Of a stretch of DNA of 64,000 nt, positions 61,855 through 64,000 are shown piece by piece (positions within the stretch are counted from its first letter, which is position 1; each line of letters begins with the position of its first letter). Location of the stretch: NCBI GenBank assembly GCA_964270895.1, contig OZ185442.1; one strand, given 5' to 3'. The position numbers were made by a program, and so were the translations under genes. This DNA is from Podarcis filfolensis. Its lineage: Eukaryota. The notes under the pieces are model-generated. The model was given only the letters and a program-made list of their open reading frames with translations, did no database searches and was not told the origin of the DNA.

Positions 61855-64000
61855 GTACTAAACCGGTTCCTTCAAGTGATGTGGAAAGCCAATGAGTGAG
61901 ACACATCACTTGGGAGAGAGAGAGAAAAAGGATGTGTCGCTATGCAGTCAAATCTTTTTAATGAGAATCCTTGAGGTTCCAACCGTAGTTTGCAGATTCC
62001 TCTGTGGACTCTTCTCCTCCTCGGCATAATACGTTGCTGTAATTCTCCAGCCGGGAACTAGATCCACTTATCCAAGCTATTCATATTAAAAAGTTTTGAC
62101 TAACCTTTTATAACCTTTAGAGAGTAATTTTTAAAAGATTTAAGATTTATGAAATATCTTCCAGAGAGTTAATTGCTAGTTTTATTTTTTAAAGAATCAA
62201 ATCTATAACTATAAGTGGAAATACGTGGCCAGTTTGAGAGCTGTTGTTCTAAGTGCTAACTGCTGGGTGTTGTGTGCCACCGTACTTGTTGCTATGACAT
62301 GCTGCACAGGAAGAAAACAATAGCTTGACAAGCAATATACCCACCAGATGCTGCCAAGTTTCTCTGTCGTTCTGAGAATGCTGCAATTTTTCTGCCTATC
62401 AGACTCAAATGTAATGAGCCTGGTCGTTTTTCACCATGTGGTTTGCCCATTCCAAGGGCTCGTTGTGTCTTGAAGTGGTTAAAAAAAAGCAAAGTGAGTT
62501 GCAGGATTGTTCTTTGTTCTTGCTGTTTGTTTCAGGAGTGCTTCTCTTAACCTTGTGGTTAGAAGAACCTTGTAACTTCTGTACAAATGCACACCCATGT
62601 GGTATAAACAAGATTACAACTATGAATTTCAGTTCCTCTCATTTTACTGACTACATTCAGACATAGTTATGAGCACAACAGCTTTTGGCCTCAGGCTCAT
62701 GAACTCCCTCTTCACCTTCTCCCTTCCTCCTACATGTTTTGCAGAAAATCATAGCTTCTATTTTGTCTGGACCTGTCTGGGGATTCTGATTTGCAGAAAT
62801 CATAGTGTGCCAGGGATCAGACGAAACAGTGAACTGTGGTTTACTGTAGGCTTGCAAGAGAAGTTTTAATCTCCCCTCCCATGGAGGAAGGGAATGTGTG
62901 AGTCCAAAATTTGTCGTTGCATCTGACTGTAGCCATTTTGTGATGGTATAGTTGTATTTAAGAACTGCAGAAGTTTAAAAAAAAAATAAACACACAAATA
63001 TGATGGGACACAGCTCAAATCAAAGCTGCGTTGAAATGATTAGGAATTGCTCATGAACACGCCTGAAAGTCTTTTATGGGAGGCACTCCTGTTTGTTAAC
63101 GTCCTTTATGTCATGCAAACAGTCTTTATAAAGTGAGTTTCAAACAGTTACACTTAGTACTGAGCCACTTTTGCCCATTCGGAAAAGGCTTGTAATATAA
63201 TATTGTAGCATAAAAGAGTCTTAAAATGCTTACATGTGTCAGTTTAGGGTTTTTTCTTTTCTTTTTCTCTCTACATTTACCTCTTGATGGAGAAGGGGTG
63301 TGGCATCTTCCTTGTCATTATTTTACATGTATTTTGTTTGTCTTTTCTATTCCTACGGACCCTGTATTAGCTTAACCTTTATTTATAACACATTCTACAT
63401 TTTAAGCAGAAATGGTTTGAGGTTTTATGTTGGGAGAAAAAAATGTTTAGCTGACCACCTGCATTTCCTTGCTCCTCCCCCCCTCCCCATCACCTTGAAA
63501 ATAAAACCAGTGAAATAAGTATGGCTTTTGTAATGACTTGTGATTCCGAGTATGTAGTCCAGATGTGGCTATTCTGACTGGGGCTGATGGGAGTCTTAAC
63601 AGCAGCCAAAGGGCTACAGGTTCCCCACACCCAATGTGACAACTGTTACTAGAGCTAAATTTAACACCTAGTTGTTGTAGCATGGAGGTATTCTCCTGGT
63701 TCTGAAATCTAGACTATACTGCTTTGGAAGGTAGAAGGCAGAACAGAGCCCGGAATATGAATGCATCGTTATCTGAGGTTCCGCTTTTAAAATTTCTGCT
63801 CTCAGGAAACAGCCTTCATTTCGCCCTAAACCTTGGCCTGGCATGCAGTTGGCTGGGCCCACCCTCCCTTTTTGTGTAATGATCTGAAGTCCTCTGATGA
63901 TGCCAAATGATGAGTGTAGTGCATAGAGGAGATTTTAATGTAGTGGCAACTTGCATTTTATTGTCAATTGGAAAACATTCTACAGATGGAGATATTGCTT

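Overview
Vertebrate genomic DNA. The repeat content (Sauria SINE, Squam-type SINEs, BovB, CR1, L2, hAT and Tc1/pogo MITEs) points to a squamate, most likely a lacertid lizard. Four protein-coding genes were reconstructed by hand from GT-AG splice sites. (1) The 5' part of IRF8 on the minus strand: promoter about 8.6-9.4 kb, first coding exon 4009-4182; the rest lies left of the window. (2) A complete 7-coding-exon, 215-aa DUSP22-like dual-specificity phosphatase on the minus strand, 15459-38822. It resembles teleost dusp22a and has no counterpart between COX4I1 and IRF8 in human. (3) Complete COX4I1 on the minus strand, 170 aa, CDS 42276-47028, non-coding exon 1 about 48.9-49.0 kb. (4) Complete EMC8 on the plus strand, 213 aa, 50474-61763, head-to-head with COX4I1. 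The most interesting signal is the intact DUSP22 paralog directly upstream of IRF8, mirroring the DUSP22-IRF4 pair. Other points: a GAS/ISRE/twin NF-kB IRF8 promoter; Glu at the COX4-1 position matching mammalian phospho-Ser58; a split COX4I1/EMC8 bidirectional promoter; a sense-oriented solo LTR in a DUSP22-like intron; a UGCAUG cluster; and a probable non-autonomous Helitron. No prokaryotic-type system (CRISPR etc.) is present. Comparisons to human, mouse and zebrafish are from memory, not database searches. TE boundaries without TSDs are approximate.
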